DNA of 32,000 nt from positions 6,786-38,785 of the forward strand of contig JAOAIJ010000016.1 in assembly GCA_026414765.1 (NCBI GenBank), given 5' to 3'. The translations under genes and the position numbers were made by a program. This DNA is from Clostridia bacterium (GTDB lineage: Bacteria > Bacillota > Clostridia > Acetivibrionales > DSM-27016). Positions 15,581-24,216 of the stretch are shown here, piece after piece. Position 1 is the stretch's first letter. Every line of letters starts with the position of its first letter. Below the pieces are notes generated by a model. The model was not told the origin of the DNA, ran no database searches, and worked only from the letters and a program-made list of their open reading frames with translations.

Positions 15581-16027
15581 ATGGAAATTGTGAAAATTAT
15601 TGATAGCGATAAAGCAAAGTACATTGAATTGCTACTTATTGCAGATGAACAGCTAAGTATGATAGAGAAATATTTGTATCGTGGTGATATGTTCGCCTTG
15701 TGTGATGATGATGTTAAAGCGATTTGCATTGTTACACAAGAGCAATCCGGCGTTTATGAAATTAAGAATATTGTTACCGTTCCTGAATATCAACGGAAAG
15801 GATATGGACAACATCTAATCTCATTTATTGCTGCTTACTACAAAAAATCTGGTAACGAGTTATATGTTGGAACAGGCGATAGCCCTATGACACTTAATTT
15901 CTACGAGAAATGCGGATTTGAAAAATCACACATTGTTAAAAACTTTTTTATAGACAATTACGACCACCCTATGTATGAAAATGGACAACAGTTAGTGGAT
16001 ATGATTTATTTGAAAAGACATCTATAA
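15581..16027 (+). CDS. GNAT-family N-acetyltransferase
   Basis: 148 aa. Motif A VPEYQRKGYGQHLISF. Typical GNAT size and layout. Confidence 0.8.
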   Translation: MEIVKIIDSDKAKYIELLLIADEQLSMIEKYLYRGDMFALCDDDVKAICIVTQEQSGVYEIKNIVTVPEYQRKGYGQHLISFIAAYYKKSGNELYVGTGDSPMTLNFYEKCGFEKSHIVKNFFIDNYDHPMYENGQQLVDMIYLKRHL

Positions 16028-16413
16028 AATAGAGCTTATGCCGCCCAACAGGGAAATAAAAAAAGCTATGTGCCTAAACAAAATACAAGTAGCCTAACGG
16101 CGGTTTTTAAATAACAATCAAAGCCGTCGTTTTTCTTTTTCAAAAAGCAAAACTTGGTTCTTCCCCAAACAAAAAGTCTTTATTGACTCATTTTATATCA
16201 AGTGATAAAGTACAAATAGCCAGATGTCCTTAAAAATCCGACATCCGGCTATTCAAAAAATATATTATCCCTGGGTTTACACAAAATTCAGGACACTACC
16301 GACACAAATATAAACAGCATTGTGAAAATAGTTACAAACAAAAATTCCATATAATCCCCTTTAATTTATATCTGATAAGATATATCTACTTATATGTATA
16401 CTATACCAAAATG

Positions 16414-16456
16414 TGATGTAGGGAAATAGTTGATAATATTCTATTTCCCTACATCA
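16414..16456. repeat. Perfect 16-bp inverted repeat in a 680-bp AT-rich non-coding stretch
   Basis: TGATGTAGGGAAATAG - TTGATAATATT - CTATTTCCCTACATCA. There is no clean U-tract on the + strand. ACATTTTGG follows it on the - strand. Confidence 0.6.
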
Positions 16457-16705
16457 GATAAAACTATATTATTTTCAGCTAAATCACTAAAACATTATAC
16501 ATTTCTATACATAGAAGATAATCGACATTTTTGTTTATTTGTATGGGAACTTATATCTTAAAAGTATGTCATCTTCTTTTTTATATGTGTACAAAATGTG
16601 CATAAGCAAACAGATGACATAATATGTGAAAAGCTGTATTCTAAGCTGTCTTACTACACGCACAATATAGAAAAATACTTACCATAGACCCTTGTGCCGA
16701 CTCCG

Positions 16706-17611
16706 TTATTTTATTTCTTTTTTCACAATACTATTAGTATTAGGCACTTTTTGAATTTCATAAAAATTTATGGGATTTGAAATATATTTTTCTGCAAGTG
16801 ATCTATATTTCTCCCTATTTTCAGGAGGACATCTCAATCCAAAAACAATTTCCTTTATTGGAGCTGGAAGATTATAGCTGCCAGACTTTTCTTCTACATA
16901 TCTCCATTCATTTTCATATGACCAACAAGTCGGCTTGGTTGAAACAGCCAATTTAAATGTGGGGTCACTGAAAGAAATCTTATTTTTTGAATAAGGCCTT
17001 CCAAATTCATCAATATATATGGATAATTCGGAAATAAATCCATCACCTGTAAATTCGGGAAGAATATCAGAATAATTCACCTTGACACAATGATTAGCAT
17101 CTGTTAATTTAGTGTTCTTTTCGACAGAAAACCCTATAGCTATCCCTTTGGCGTCCTCAGCATAATGAGACCACATTAATTGATTTTCGCAAGTTTCAGA
17201 GAGGCTAAAAATTCCAACCTCATTAAGCTGCTTGTCAAACTCTGATATTGTTGCTTTCAAATCTGATGGATAATGGCCAGTCTTACTCTTTATAAACTCC
17301 CTGCACATCTTATACTTTTCTTCAAGACTCTTTTTCCTTCCTAATGTCTTAAGCATTGCCTTAACCTGATATGGTTTCATACCCCAAAACCCTTGATTAT
17401 TTGCTAAATGGTTCATTGCGCCCATTACAAGACCGGCAATTTGCGCTTGCATGCCTTCTTCAACCTGCTTATCAGTCCACTCTTTTGAGATTTCTTGCAT
17501 TGAACATTCAAAAGGGTCATTTAAGCCACTTGCATTTGAAAGCCATACTTTCTGGTCTAAGAATATTTTTTCAGTAAATTCTGTATTAGCTCTATACTTA
17601 TATAAAATCAT
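16706..17611 (-). CDS. DUF2971-family protein
   Basis: I prefer the start at 17611 (MILYKYR...), preceded by AGAGGGGA. The N-terminal YKYR...W.S....LNDPFE signature is characteristic of DUF2971. Confidence 0.7.
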   Translation of the reverse strand: MILYKYRANTEFTEKIFLDQKVWLSNASGLNDPFECSMQEISKEWTDKQVEEGMQAQIAGLVMGAMNHLANNQGFWGMKPYQVKAMLKTLGRKKSLEEKYKMCREFIKSKTGHYPSDLKATISEFDKQLNEVGIFSLSETCENQLMWSHYAEDAKGIAIGFSVEKNTKLTDANHCVKVNYSDILPEFTGDGFISELSIYIDEFGRPYSKNKISFSDPTFKLAVSTKPTCWSYENEWRYVEEKSGSYNLPAPIKEIVFGLRCPPENREKYRSLAEKYISNPINFYEIQKVPNTNSIVKKEIK

Positions 17612-17962
17612 TTTTCCCCTCTTATTAATATAGATTCTGGCATTTTTCAATATTTACTTCACATAATGAATGTACTGTAGCTAACATCAGTATACTAGAA
17701 TTTTTGGGAAAATAACAGCAAAATAAGTATTCCTGCATATCCCGCATATTGTGAATGGATCTATTAAGGCATAAAAATAGAACAATTGTTGGTTTTCTCA
17801 TTTATTTACAGTAAGTATACTATGTATATGGTTTAGGCTTTGTTACGGCAGGCTCTAAGCTATAGCGAATAAACTTATTGATAATCTGCGGACAAAAGCT
17901 GTATCGTAATGGCGGAGCCATATTCGGGCAAGGACTTTTATCTTTAGTAAAGAGGGACATAG

Positions 17963-18499
17963 ATGCGCTGGTATGTTATATTCGTGGAAACTGGATATGA
18001 AGAGCAGGTCTGTAAATATATAAATAAGGCTATAACAGATGTATTTGAAGATGTGAACTTCAATCTGCTTGTGCCAAAAAGGAAGATCTATGAGAGAAAA
18101 CAAGGTATCCGGCGGGAAGTAGTCAAGATGATGTTCCCTGGGTATGTCCTTGTAGAAACTGACAATATACTTGATTTTTACTTAAGATTAAAGGGAAGCC
18201 CGAGAGTAATAAAAGTTCTTAGAAATAAAGAAGTTTTTTCTGAAATAACAAATGATGAAATTAAGCAGATATTATTTTTAGTCAATGAGAATGGACTGAT
18301 TGATATTTCGGAAGCTTTTATCGTAAATGATAAGGTGCAAATAATAAACGGGCCCCTTTATGGTAATGAAGGTATCATTAAAAGAATTGACAAAAGAAAA
18401 GGGAGAGCCAAAGTTGAGCTTTCAATCAATTATAACAGTCTTCTGATAGACCTGGGAATTAATTTGTTGCAGAAGTATGAAGGCTTAGGGTCTACCTAG
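17963..18499 (+). CDS. loaP: NusG-family paralog (NGN plus KOW domains), LoaP-type processive antiterminator by context
   Basis: WYVIFVETGYEEQV is the NGN start. The KOW motif is DKVQIINGPLYGNEGIIKRIDKRKGRAKVEL. It stands alone, away from secE/rplK, and directly upstream of a PPTase and carrier-protein locus. Confidence 0.75.
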   Translation: MRWYVIFVETGYEEQVCKYINKAITDVFEDVNFNLLVPKRKIYERKQGIRREVVKMMFPGYVLVETDNILDFYLRLKGSPRVIKVLRNKEVFSEITNDEIKQILFLVNENGLIDISEAFIVNDKVQIINGPLYGNEGIIKRIDKRKGRAKVELSINYNSLLIDLGINLLQKYEGLGST

Positions 18500-18561
18500 T
18501 AAAGATCAGTAGCATTAATACATAATTATCTATTATTTACTTATGATTTAAGTGGTGGAAT

Positions 18562-19239
18562 ATGGTAGAGATCCAGATTGTAAAACTATCAAATGATATA
18601 CCTTTTTCGTTCAGCTTGCTAAGTCATGTGCAATTTGACAAAAGACTCCGGATTATGGGCTGTAGGAGTTCTGAGGAAAAGAAGAGAAGTTTGGTCGGGG
18701 AACTCCTTATTCGGAAAGCTGTAAAAGACAAACTCAACATACCTTTTCACAAAATAAGAATAAGTCATAACCAATATGGTAAGCCATATATAGATAATGT
18801 AAACTATTTTAAGTTTAATATATCGCATTCAGGCTGTTATGTGGTGATCGCTACGAGTACACATAAAGTAGGAGTGGATATTGAAAAAATCCAACCGGTT
18901 GATCTGGGAGTAGCAAGCCGGTTTTACACGGAAAAAGAGTATAAATACATACAAAGTTTACCATGTGATGATAAAAAGGTATCTGAATTTTTCAGACTGT
19001 GGACATTAAAAGAAAGCTATATCAAAGCAATCGGTAAGGGAATGAAAATCCCGCTGAATTCTTTTGAATTCGACCTGGAAAGTGGCAAAAGTTTTATAAA
19101 AGAGAACAGGAATAAAAAATACCTCTTTTATACTAGAAGTTTGGATGATTACTTTTTATCGGTATGCTTTATGGAAAAAGATATTAATTATGATTTCAAA
19201 GCTTTGACAGAAGAAGAACTATATGGGAATTTCAGCTAA
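18562..19239 (+). CDS. Sfp-type 4'-phosphopantetheinyl transferase
   Basis: Motifs GKPY, FNISHSG, GVDIE and FRLWTLKESYIKAIGKG (the W/F-x-x-K-E-S/A-x-x-K motif). Confidence 0.85.
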   Translation: MVEIQIVKLSNDIPFSFSLLSHVQFDKRLRIMGCRSSEEKKRSLVGELLIRKAVKDKLNIPFHKIRISHNQYGKPYIDNVNYFKFNISHSGCYVVIATSTHKVGVDIEKIQPVDLGVASRFYTEKEYKYIQSLPCDDKKVSEFFRLWTLKESYIKAIGKGMKIPLNSFEFDLESGKSFIKENRNKKYLFYTRSLDDYFLSVCFMEKDINYDFKALTEEELYGNFS

Positions 19240-19317
19240 GCTGCAGCAAGTAACGGGAAGCAAAGAATCATATCAATGGTAAAAACTTTGACATACAGTA
19301 TTGCACAGCATAAACAG

Positions 19318-19360
19318 GAACCCGTGATGGTGTATACCCGTCCAGGGTTCATACTTTTTA
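19318..19360 (+). terminator. Weak or imperfect intrinsic terminator candidate between the PPTase and the antiporter
   Basis: GAACCC (19318-19323) pairs with GGGTTC (19345-19350). An inner GGT/ACC stem lies around GTATAC. ATACTTTTTA follows. Confidence 0.35.
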
Positions 19361-19422
19361 TGTTTCATTTCTCCATCCTTCTCCTATAAATTATCGAGCA
19401 AAACGAAAGGAAGGGTCTATCC

Positions 19423-20688
19423 ATGTTGACAAATGATGAATTAACAAAGTTTTTGCTGCAGCTAACAGTTATGTTAATTGCGGCGATCATATTTGGTAAA
19501 ATAATAAAGAGAATGGGGCAGCCTACCATCGTTGGCGAGCTGCTGGCAGGTATAGTGCTGGGGCCTACGGTTTTAAAACATATCTCTCCTGTACTTTTTG
19601 GCAATATGTTTCCAAATAATATTATAGTTTCATCAGAATTAAACTGTTTTATACAATTTGGTATGATTTTGTTTATGTTCGTTTCAGGACTAAAAATTAA
19701 CACAAAATTCATACTAAACAGAAAAAAAACTGTACTCTTTACAAGTGTGTTAGGGATGGTAATACCGTTATTATTGGGTGTATTAACAGTATTGCTTATA
19801 CCGAACGCATTGAATGCTCCCGCTGAAAATAATAATTGGATATATGCATTGTTTGTAGGAATTGCATTATCTATTTCTGCATTACCGGTAATAATAAAGA
19901 CGTTAACCGATTTAAATATCTCACAGTTGGAAATCGGTACTATAATAATTGGATCTGCGACGATTGACGATATTGTCGGGTGGACTATGTTTGCCTGCCT
20001 TATAAATATTTCTGTACTTAATGGGTCTATATTATCCATATGTGTATCTATATTAGAAATATTCCTGTTTATACTGGTATTATTTACAGCAGGAGTACGA
20101 ATCAGCAGAGCTGTTTTTTCATTCATAGGCAGCTATACCGAAAATACTACTGTTAATACTGCTATAACTATTGCCATGCTTACGCTGATATCGGCAATTG
20201 CTGAAAGGATAGGAATACACCCGTTCTTTGCTGCTTTTTTGCTGGGGATTACACTAAAAAAAGATTTTGAAGCTAAAAAATTTTTATTTGACACTAAAAA
20301 TGTAATCAACACAATTGCTACAAGCTTTTTTGCTCCTTTATACTTTGTATCTGTAGGTATGAGAGTAAATCTGATTAATGACTTTAATTTATTATTGGTA
20401 TTAATAGTGCTTTTAATCGCTTTTACGGGGAAAATCGTAGGTTCAACTGCCGGTGCGCTAATTGGAGGTGCCAGATGGAAAGATGCTTTAGTCATAGGTG
20501 TTAGCATGAATTCCAGAGGTGCAATTGAGATAATCGTAGCTTCAACGGCAGTCGAGGTAAACATGATTGGCCAGCAAATGTACGTATCTTTGATTATAAT
20601 GGCTGTTATTACCTCATTGCTTAGTGGTCCTATAATAAAAGCAATATTATTCAGAAGGAAAAGTGCAAGGTATAGCTGCTATATGTAA
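19423..20688 (+). CDS. Cation:proton antiporter (CPA-type Na+/H+ exchanger family)
   Basis: 421 aa, about 12 transmembrane segments. The N-terminal LLQLTVMLIAAIIFGKIIKRMGQPTIVGELLAGIVLGP is typical of this family. Confidence 0.85.
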   Translation: MLTNDELTKFLLQLTVMLIAAIIFGKIIKRMGQPTIVGELLAGIVLGPTVLKHISPVLFGNMFPNNIIVSSELNCFIQFGMILFMFVSGLKINTKFILNRKKTVLFTSVLGMVIPLLLGVLTVLLIPNALNAPAENNNWIYALFVGIALSISALPVIIKTLTDLNISQLEIGTIIIGSATIDDIVGWTMFACLINISVLNGSILSICVSILEIFLFILVLFTAGVRISRAVFSFIGSYTENTTVNTAITIAMLTLISAIAERIGIHPFFAAFLLGITLKKDFEAKKFLFDTKNVINTIATSFFAPLYFVSVGMRVNLINDFNLLLVLIVLLIAFTGKIVGSTAGALIGGARWKDALVIGVSMNSRGAIEIIVASTAVEVNMIGQQMYVSLIIMAVITSLLSGPIIKAILFRRKSARYSCYM

Positions 20689-20787
20689 AACTTGCAGGAT
20701 TTATGAATGGATACCGGAGGAAAGCCGGATAAGTGCCTGTAGATAAGCTGTCAAGAAAATTATTACCACTGGGAAGGGGGGTAAGTT

Positions 20788-21033
20788 ATGATCCAAAAAG
20801 ACATTGATAACCGGTTTAATTCAATAATAAAAGGTCTGATAAAGGTACAAGACGAAAATTCTCTACCATACCAAACCTTTCAAGATCTAAACATTAATTC
20901 AATTGCTTTTGTTCAACTAGTCGTTATGTGTGAACAAGAATTCGATATTGTATTTGAAAACGATATGCTGTTAATGGAAAAATATCCAACGATGGAAGTA
21001 TTTATAAACTATATTAAGGCAAAAAGCAGTTAA
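20788..21033 (+). CDS. Free-standing acyl/peptidyl carrier protein (carrier 1)
   Basis: 81 aa, acidic. A helix-II serine motif DLNINSIAFVQLVVMCEQEF in the expected position. GGGGG Shine-Dalgarno. Confidence 0.7.
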   Translation: MIQKDIDNRFNSIIKGLIKVQDENSLPYQTFQDLNINSIAFVQLVVMCEQEFDIVFENDMLLMEKYPTMEVFINYIKAKSS

Positions 21034-21063
21034 CTGTTAAAGCTTCAATCCAGTATAGAGCTA

Positions 21064-21972
21064 TTACCGATTGCTTAGTTCAAATAACAGATTGAGATTT
21101 CTTGGGATAGCAGCAAACCATTGGTTTATACCTAGTATTTTAGCCTTTTGCTTTATAGTAAGAGGAAGATTTTCATATGAGTCACAGGTAAGTATCATTG
21201 CAGTTTCCTCTTCACTGAACTTGATTGAATCAACGACATTAAGTGAAGCTTCTTTATTCATCGGACAGCTTAACTGACATTTTAAGCAGTCGTATATACA
21301 ATGATGTGCTGATAGAGGTATCCATTCAGGCAAATCTCCAGGACCTTCATTAAAGAGAGATAAACATTTTTGATTATCGATCAGAAAGCGATCCGGTCTG
21401 ATAGCGCCTGTTGGACATTCATTATAGCAGATATTGCAATCACTACACATTTCATTAGGCTTTATATCATTCCAATCATAGGTATGACATTCGATATCGG
21501 AAAAAAATGCAATAAATGAAAAAAAGCTACCCATTTTATCGGTATAACAGATATTGTTTTTACCATAGACTCCCAACCCTGTTTTTGCTGCCAATCTCTT
21601 TAATGGAAGTGTTGGAGCCACCTGTACGTGATATCCCTTAGAGACAATTAAGTCCGATATGTATTCTTTGGTCGCATCAAGATCCGATACAACAGGACAA
21701 ATCAATTGGTACTGTTTCCCGTGTCTGGTGAACTCAACTTTAGCATATGCCGGATGGGGGACTGCAATAATGATAATGGACTTTGCCTCAAAATCCATTT
21801 CCGGCACCGCAAGAGTATATAGTCCCGTGACAATCCATTTTTGAAAATCGTTCAGTTCATTATTTTCCTTAAAAGATGTTATTTCATCCTTGAGATCCTG
21901 CAAGCATCTGATTGGAACTACTTGCAAATTATCACCGTTTTTTTCGGCTGTTTGTTTTAGTAAATTAATCAT
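21064..21972 (-). CDS. QueG / reductive-dehalogenase-like protein with two 4Fe-4S ferredoxin motifs
   Basis: CSDCNICYNECPTGAIRPD and CLKCQLSCPMN cluster motifs. The overall layout resembles epoxyqueuosine-reductase-type Fe-S proteins. It is the only reverse-strand gene in the locus. Confidence 0.65.
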   Translation of the reverse strand: MINLLKQTAEKNGDNLQVVPIRCLQDLKDEITSFKENNELNDFQKWIVTGLYTLAVPEMDFEAKSIIIIAVPHPAYAKVEFTRHGKQYQLICPVVSDLDATKEYISDLIVSKGYHVQVAPTLPLKRLAAKTGLGVYGKNNICYTDKMGSFFSFIAFFSDIECHTYDWNDIKPNEMCSDCNICYNECPTGAIRPDRFLIDNQKCLSLFNEGPGDLPEWIPLSAHHCIYDCLKCQLSCPMNKEASLNVVDSIKFSEEETAMILTCDSYENLPLTIKQKAKILGINQWFAAIPRNLNLLFELSNR

Positions 21973-22389
21973 AGTCAGTCACATTCCTTTTATAGTCAAG
22001 AAGTTTTTGTTTAAGAGAAAAAGCTAATGAAGACTCCGGGGTTTTATATGGTTAGTAATAATTATTATGCTTAGGTTATTTTATCATAACCAGAAAAATA
22101 TGTAAATAAATATGTACAAAAATGGTAATTTGTTATCGCAATAGCGGATTTCCATAAAACAATTCTACTCATATAATGAACGTATATTCCAATTCTGTTT
22201 CGGCGAATGGAAATTGTGCTTAAACTAATAGTTTATTGATCGGCAATCAAGAAGATTGTAATGGCGAAGCTTGCCCTTTTAGCGGATCGGATGTGGAGGC
22301 AGATAAGCTTGATGATTTTATTTGGGGAGTATTTGAATTACATAAAAGCAGCAGCAAGCAAAAATAAAGTCTTAGAATGGAGAATCAAA

Positions 22390-23130
22390 ATGAACTATAT
22401 TGTGTGTGAAAAATCGAAAAGACCGGATTTGCTGGATCAGGTAAATGAATTGAATAAATCGGCCTGGCCGAAATTTGTTGAAGGTGAAAATGTAATGAGA
22501 ACCTATTGGGGCTTTATAGAGGATAAGTTTCCAGATCACCAATTACTTTTGATAATAGATGACAAGATAGCAGCTGTTGTTAATACAGCTGCTTTTCTCT
22601 GGGATAAAAAAGATGAACAGATTAGTGACGGAGGCATATATTGGGGACTGAAAATGATAGCGCATGACTATTATTCGGATATCAAGCCCAATACTTTGAT
22701 GGCTTTACAGGTAATAATCAATCCAATATTCCGAGGAATGGGGCTAAGTTATTATTGTGTAAAGGAACTGATAAAGTTCGGAAAGACGAAAAATTATCAG
22801 AGGCTGGTGATTCCGCTTCGTCCATCCATGAAACACAGGTACCCTCTTATTAAGACAGCGGACTACATGGAGTGGACGGATGAGGATAATCTTCCGTATG
22901 ACCCATGGCTGCGTGTACATGTAAAGTTTGGTGCCAGGCTGGTAAAAAAGTGCAGGGGTATTTCCGTGGCCGGAACAAAACAGCAGTGGGAAGATTGGAC
23001 CGGACTGAAATTTCTTAGTCCAGGAGATTATGTTGTTCCCGGCGGCCTTAATACAGTCCGGTATGAGCCGGATGAGGAACTGATAATCTATGAACAGGAA
23101 AATGTTTGGGCAGTCCACAATCTGACATAA
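22390..23130 (+). CDS. GNAT-fold acyltransferase-like protein
   Basis: I prefer the ATG at 22390 (MNYIVCEKS...), preceded by GGAGAA. A motif-A-like QVIINPIFRGMGLSYYCVKELIKFG is followed by a roughly 90-aa conserved-looking C-terminal extension (PYDPWLRVHVKFGARL...). Confidence 0.55.
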   Translation: MNYIVCEKSKRPDLLDQVNELNKSAWPKFVEGENVMRTYWGFIEDKFPDHQLLLIIDDKIAAVVNTAAFLWDKKDEQISDGGIYWGLKMIAHDYYSDIKPNTLMALQVIINPIFRGMGLSYYCVKELIKFGKTKNYQRLVIPLRPSMKHRYPLIKTADYMEWTDEDNLPYDPWLRVHVKFGARLVKKCRGISVAGTKQQWEDWTGLKFLSPGDYVVPGGLNTVRYEPDEELIIYEQENVWAVHNLT

Positions 23131-23184
23131 GGCAAAAGATTTTTGTCTATAGACTTATTTTTTTCAAAAAAAGGGTGATGTTCG

Positions 23185-24138
23185 TTGATTAATATTATTC
23201 CGTTAAGCAATGAAGGCAGAGACTGTTATGAAGATATTCTGGCATCAGTTGCACAGGTATACAGCGCAAATTATCCGTTTATGTATTGTCATTCCTGGGC
23301 ATTTGATTACATAAAAGGAGATGGCGGTACCCTCCTTGGCTCTCAAATAAAATGCGAATGGGGAAACCTGGAGGAGTATCTGGAGAAATACTCCGGTGTA
23401 AAGGTTGTTGAAATGCTGCTCTCTCATCCGACAGAAGCTTTAGCGGTCTTGAAGGACTATATTCTGAATGGAAAAGCTGTGGCATTTACTATAGGGTTAC
23501 AATACTGTGAATGGCACAATTTTTCTGGATCTCATCTGACACATACTATAGTAGGCTGTGATATCAACGAAAAGGAAATATTATGCATTGATTGCAAACC
23601 GGTTAAGAGTGGCATTAATTTATCAATCGACAGTTTTCTGAAAGGTTATGCCGGTAAACTATTAATTTTTGAACAGAGAGATACGGATGTTCAAGGGATA
23701 GAAATATTTGAACTGATTGCCGGACATATGAAAGAATTGAAAAAAAGCGAAGCATACCAGGATGCATTTACTGCATTGAGAGCTTTTGCAGATAGTATGG
23801 AGAAGGTTGATATTAATGAAGAATGTATCAATTGTAGTGATTTTGATTTCTGGAGTTCACCTATATTCAATAATATAAATAATTTATGTGTCGGCAGGCG
23901 CCAGTATGCCAGATATCTGCAGCATGTAGACTCAATAAAAGGAACGGATCGATTCAATGATGCTTCATCCGCACTTCTAAAATGCAGCGATAATTTCAAT
24001 ATGGCTCGTAGTTTACTGATGAAAGCAAAAATCACTGGAAGTTCACAACCATGGATTAATAAGGCATCTAACCTGTTTAGGGTGACAGCAGGGCTTGAGG
24101 AGGAAATTTTAAAGAATATCGAATCAATAATCCGATAG
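23185..24138 (+). CDS. Papain-fold Cys/His protein, BtrH-N-like (putative carrier-protein-dependent acyl/peptidyl transferase)
   Basis: TTG start with a GGGTGA Shine-Dalgarno. N-terminal GRDCYEDILASV with a candidate nucleophile Cys, then SHLTHTIVGCD with a candidate His. The same pattern occurs in the N-terminus of 25314..26852. The family assignment is from memory and is not certain. Confidence 0.4.
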   Translation: MINIIPLSNEGRDCYEDILASVAQVYSANYPFMYCHSWAFDYIKGDGGTLLGSQIKCEWGNLEEYLEKYSGVKVVEMLLSHPTEALAVLKDYILNGKAVAFTIGLQYCEWHNFSGSHLTHTIVGCDINEKEILCIDCKPVKSGINLSIDSFLKGYAGKLLIFEQRDTDVQGIEIFELIAGHMKELKKSEAYQDAFTALRAFADSMEKVDINEECINCSDFDFWSSPIFNNINNLCVGRRQYARYLQHVDSIKGTDRFNDASSALLKCSDNFNMARSLLMKAKITGSSQPWINKASNLFRVTAGLEEEILKNIESIIR

Positions 24139-24216
24139 ACGGCGGACGGTATAGGTTATGGGTTTGTTACTTGTATCCGGTACACAACCGTATCCGGAAT
24201 TAAGTCTTAGGGGCAT

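Noticed and set aside
16270-16300. GGGTTTACACAAAATTCAGGACACTACC as a possible IS terminal inverted repeat
   Set aside because: I could find no matching inverted copy or adjacent transposase in the window, and I cannot assign it to a known IS family from memory.
19365-20564. Long reverse-strand ORFs 19365..20126 and 20133..20564
   Set aside because: They lie antisense to a well-supported 12-TM antiporter gene. Their translations are low-complexity mirror images typical of the opposite strand of membrane-protein genes.
22261-22389. Upstream extension of the GNAT-fold gene (ORF-track start 22261)
   Set aside because: The extension has no Shine-Dalgarno and an implausible N-terminal sequence. 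The ATG at 22390 has GGAGAA at the proper distance, and the recognisable protein begins there.
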